Positions 61,594 through 64,000 of a stretch of 64,000 bases of DNA are shown here, one piece after another (position 1 is the first letter of the stretch; each line of letters opens with the position of its first letter). This DNA comes from Cetorhinus maximus (Eukaryota). The notes under the pieces were generated by a model. That model searched no databases, was not told the DNA's origin, and worked only from the letters and a program-made list of their open reading frames with translations. The position numbers were made by a program, and so were the translations under genes. The stretch spans positions 138,632,001 through 138,696,000 of the forward strand of contig NC_135879.1 of assembly GCF_964194155.1 (NCBI RefSeq), read 5' to 3'.

Positions 61594-61849
61594 ATTACTA
61601 GAAATCTCCACTGGCCAGCCCACGTAGAACCTGAAGGCAACTTTCAGGAGGGTGAATGATAAGCACTGTTCCTTCACCACTGAGAGCAAAATCCAGATCA
61701 ATGCTACACAGAACAATTGGTCAAAAGTGTACATAAGTTGCTGTGAATAATAGTGGTGTCAGACTTCTCTCCTTGCCTGGGAGTATCTTGCACTTGGGAT
61801 TTTTTTTGACAATATCACAACTGAATGAAAGAACTTGCAGAAATAGCTG

Positions 61850-62080
61850 GAAAACGTAATTAAACATCCCAAGGCACTTCGCAGAGGTGTAATCAAACAA
61901 AATTTGACACGGAGTCACATAAAGAGAGATTAAAACAGGTGAGGAAAACATGATCAAGCAGGTAGCTTTTAAGGGGCATTTTAAAGGAGGAGAGAAGGGT
62001 AGAGAGGCAGGGAGGTTTAAAGAGGAAATTCCAAAATCCTAGGCTTAGGGCCTAGGCATCTAAAGTGCAGTTGTCAATGA
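61850..62080 (-). mobile_element. Probable L2-like LINE 3' fragment
   Basis: Minus strand GGAATTTCCTC (WNSLP-like)...CCTTTAAAATGCCCCTTAAAAGCTACCTG (F...LK.YL-like), then a tail ending AAGTGCCTTGGGATGTTT..TTACGTT. Confidence 0.45.
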
Positions 62081-62219
62081 TAGAGTAGCTGTCAACTTCT
62101 GTAAATTGTATTGGTTATCCAGCATTTTGTGCCATTACAGAGCTGTATTTTAGTAAACCTTGCAAACAGTAAACATCCTTCATTTGCCACATTTTAAGCG
62201 ATTACAACATAGAAATATG

Positions 62220-62811
62220 GGGCTGAATTTTAGAGGTGGATGAGCATTTTAAAAAATTTGTTCATGGGATGTGGGCGTCACTGGTTAGGCCAGCATTTAT
62301 TACCCATCCCTAATTGCCCTTGTTCAGAGGGCATTTAACAGTTAACCACACCGCTGTGGATCTGGAGTCACATGTAGGCCAGACCAGGTAATGATTGCAG
62401 ATTTCCTTCCCTAAAGGACATTGCTCACTCCTCAGATAGAAAAGTTGGTCGCGAGCGAACCAACTTCAAAATAACCTGCCTCGCCGCAATAGTACATTGG
62501 GGGTGGCCTGAACAAGGTAATTGTCACCCCTCAATGAAAGCAAATTCTGCCCTTGAGAGCAGCTGAGTAGTTCCAGCAGCACCAGAATTCAGTAGTGGCC
62601 AGTGCTGGGACGACAAGCAGTCCTGAGGAGATGATCCATGCCCAGTGAATTTAAAGGTACGCCTGAGGTTTTGATCAGGGATGCATTGGGGACCCTAGGG
62701 AGAGAGTGAGGGGGATGGAGGGGTTGAGATTTGGACACCAGGGAGGCAGTGGGCTAGCCACCTGTTGTATTTTATAGGCAAATACACCAGCCGGGTGTTG
62801 TAAAATTCCCC
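62220..62811. mobile_element. Harbinger-type MITE inserted in a CR1 tail, containing a SINE fragment
   Basis: GGGCTGAATTTTA ... TAAAATTCCCC; flanked by CATAGAA repeats. Confidence 0.55.
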
Positions 62812-63870
62812 ATAGAAGCAAAAGTGGCCCATTCAGCCCCTTGAACCTGTTCTGCCATTCAATTAAACCATGGTAATCTATATCTTTATGGAGGTCTTGT
62901 GGCAAGTGGATGGCATCCCTGCTTCTGAGCCAGGAGCTCTGGGTTCGTAGTCCCACTCCAGGACTTAATGGCCATTGAAGATGCATTCATAACGTAGACA
63001 AGCAGGTTGTTTATCAACCTATAAATCATTCCAAAATGCCTATGGCAGGGAACTTAGTTTATGTAACCCTTGGAGCTCTGATGAATCTACACTGCACTCT
63101 TTCCAAGGCCACTTTATCTAAGGTGTGGTGCTCGGAACTGTAGACAGTAATCCAGATATGGTTGAGCCAGGGCTTTGTGTAGCTAGAGCAAAACTTCCTC
63201 CCCTTCATATTGCAGCCTTCTAGATGTAAAGGCAAACATTCCATCAGCCTTTCTGATTAGTTTTTGTACCCGGCCACTATATTTTACAAGAATCACCTAT
63301 ATCACTTTGAACTTCCACTGTTCCTAACTTTTAACATTTTAAAAATACTTAGGTCTCTCTTTCTTAGGTCCAACATGATAACTTCATACTTACCTGATTG
63401 AAATTTAACTGTTGAGTTTTTCTCACTCACTTAATCTATTAATGTCTCTTTATAATATCCTACTTACTATGTTATATATCTTTGTGTCATTAGCAAACTT
63501 GGATATATGACTCTCTATTACCTAAGTCATTCATAAATATAGTGAATAATTGAGGCTACACCACAGAACCTTGTAGGATATCACTTCTTTCAAATTCAAG
63601 TATATTATTTCTATTCTTTGCCATCTATTACTCAACCAATCTCCTAACCAGATCGGCAATTTACAATCGGTTACATGAGCTTTAAATTTAGCTAATGGTC
63701 CCTTGTGTGGAACCTTATTAAATATCTTCTTGAAGTCCACATAAACTGCATCCATGAACATTCTCCTGTCTATTCCTTTGGTTTCTTCCTCAAAAAGAAA
63801 TTTAGATTCATTAGACATGATCTAACCTTTATGAATTCATGTTGGCTGCAATTAGCTCAATTTCTAAGTA
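62812..63870 (-). mobile_element. Old CR1 LINE with a tRNA-type SINE inserted at ~62889-63050 (+)
   Basis: ORF 63531..63818 DAVYVDFKKIFNKVPH; VALERVQCRF; SINE head GTGGCAAGTGGA..GGGTTCGTAGTCCC. Confidence 0.7.
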
Positions 63871-63924
63871 CTCAGTCATTTTGTCCTCAATTGGTTCAAG
63901 AAGGTGACTCGCCACCACTATTTC

Positions 63925-64000
63925 TTTTATTTGCTCATGGAAACATCACTGGCAAGGACAGTATTTATTGCCTATCCCTAATTGAGCTTGAGAAGGTGAT
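63925..64000 (-). mobile_element. 3' tail of a family-B LINE (runs off window)
   Basis: TTTATTGCCTATCCCTAATTGAGCTTGAGAAGGTG as at 10500 and 35414. Confidence 0.65.

Larger units (their letters stand above)
59282..61699. mobile_element. Old Harbinger-type non-autonomous element hosting nested MITE (~59995-60603), Penelope and SINE insertions
   Basis: GGCCTAGAATTT ... AAAATCCAGATC ends; similarity to the old element ending AATATCCAGGCC at ~40919 (GAAGTTGCTGTCAG motif). Confidence 0.45.

Overview
Vertebrate genomic DNA, very likely a shark (inferred from the repeat inventory). No complete protein-coding gene is present. Most of the window is nested, decayed transposons. These include two full-length two-gene PIF/Harbinger elements (22461-26877 and 54994-59182, each with a DDE transposase and a convergent 3-exon Myb/SANT gene, both inactivated), a third truncated copy, two Myb-only derivatives and many Harbinger MITEs. 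Also present are two CR1-clade LINE families, RTE and L2 remnants, tRNA-derived SINEs, four solo LTRs and several palindromic Penelope-like (PLE) insertions. The only host-gene signal is on the minus strand: a CpG-island promoter with exon 1 (~50350-50117) and an 88-nt exon 2 (49523-49436) encoding a signal-peptide-like N-terminus. I cannot name this gene; everything to its left would be intronic. The most notable observations are: (i) the PLE palindromes carry minimal hammerhead-ribozyme motifs head-to-head, have 13-14-bp TSDs and share a reproducible arm asymmetry; (ii) a spliced uORF whose stop overlaps the host start codon; (iii) two local inverted copies next to or inside PLE insertions; (iv) a 117-bp three-hairpin MITE; (v) a 3x19-bp higher-order repeat abutting the promoter. 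Many repeat boundaries are approximate; family names are by-eye assignments, not database results.
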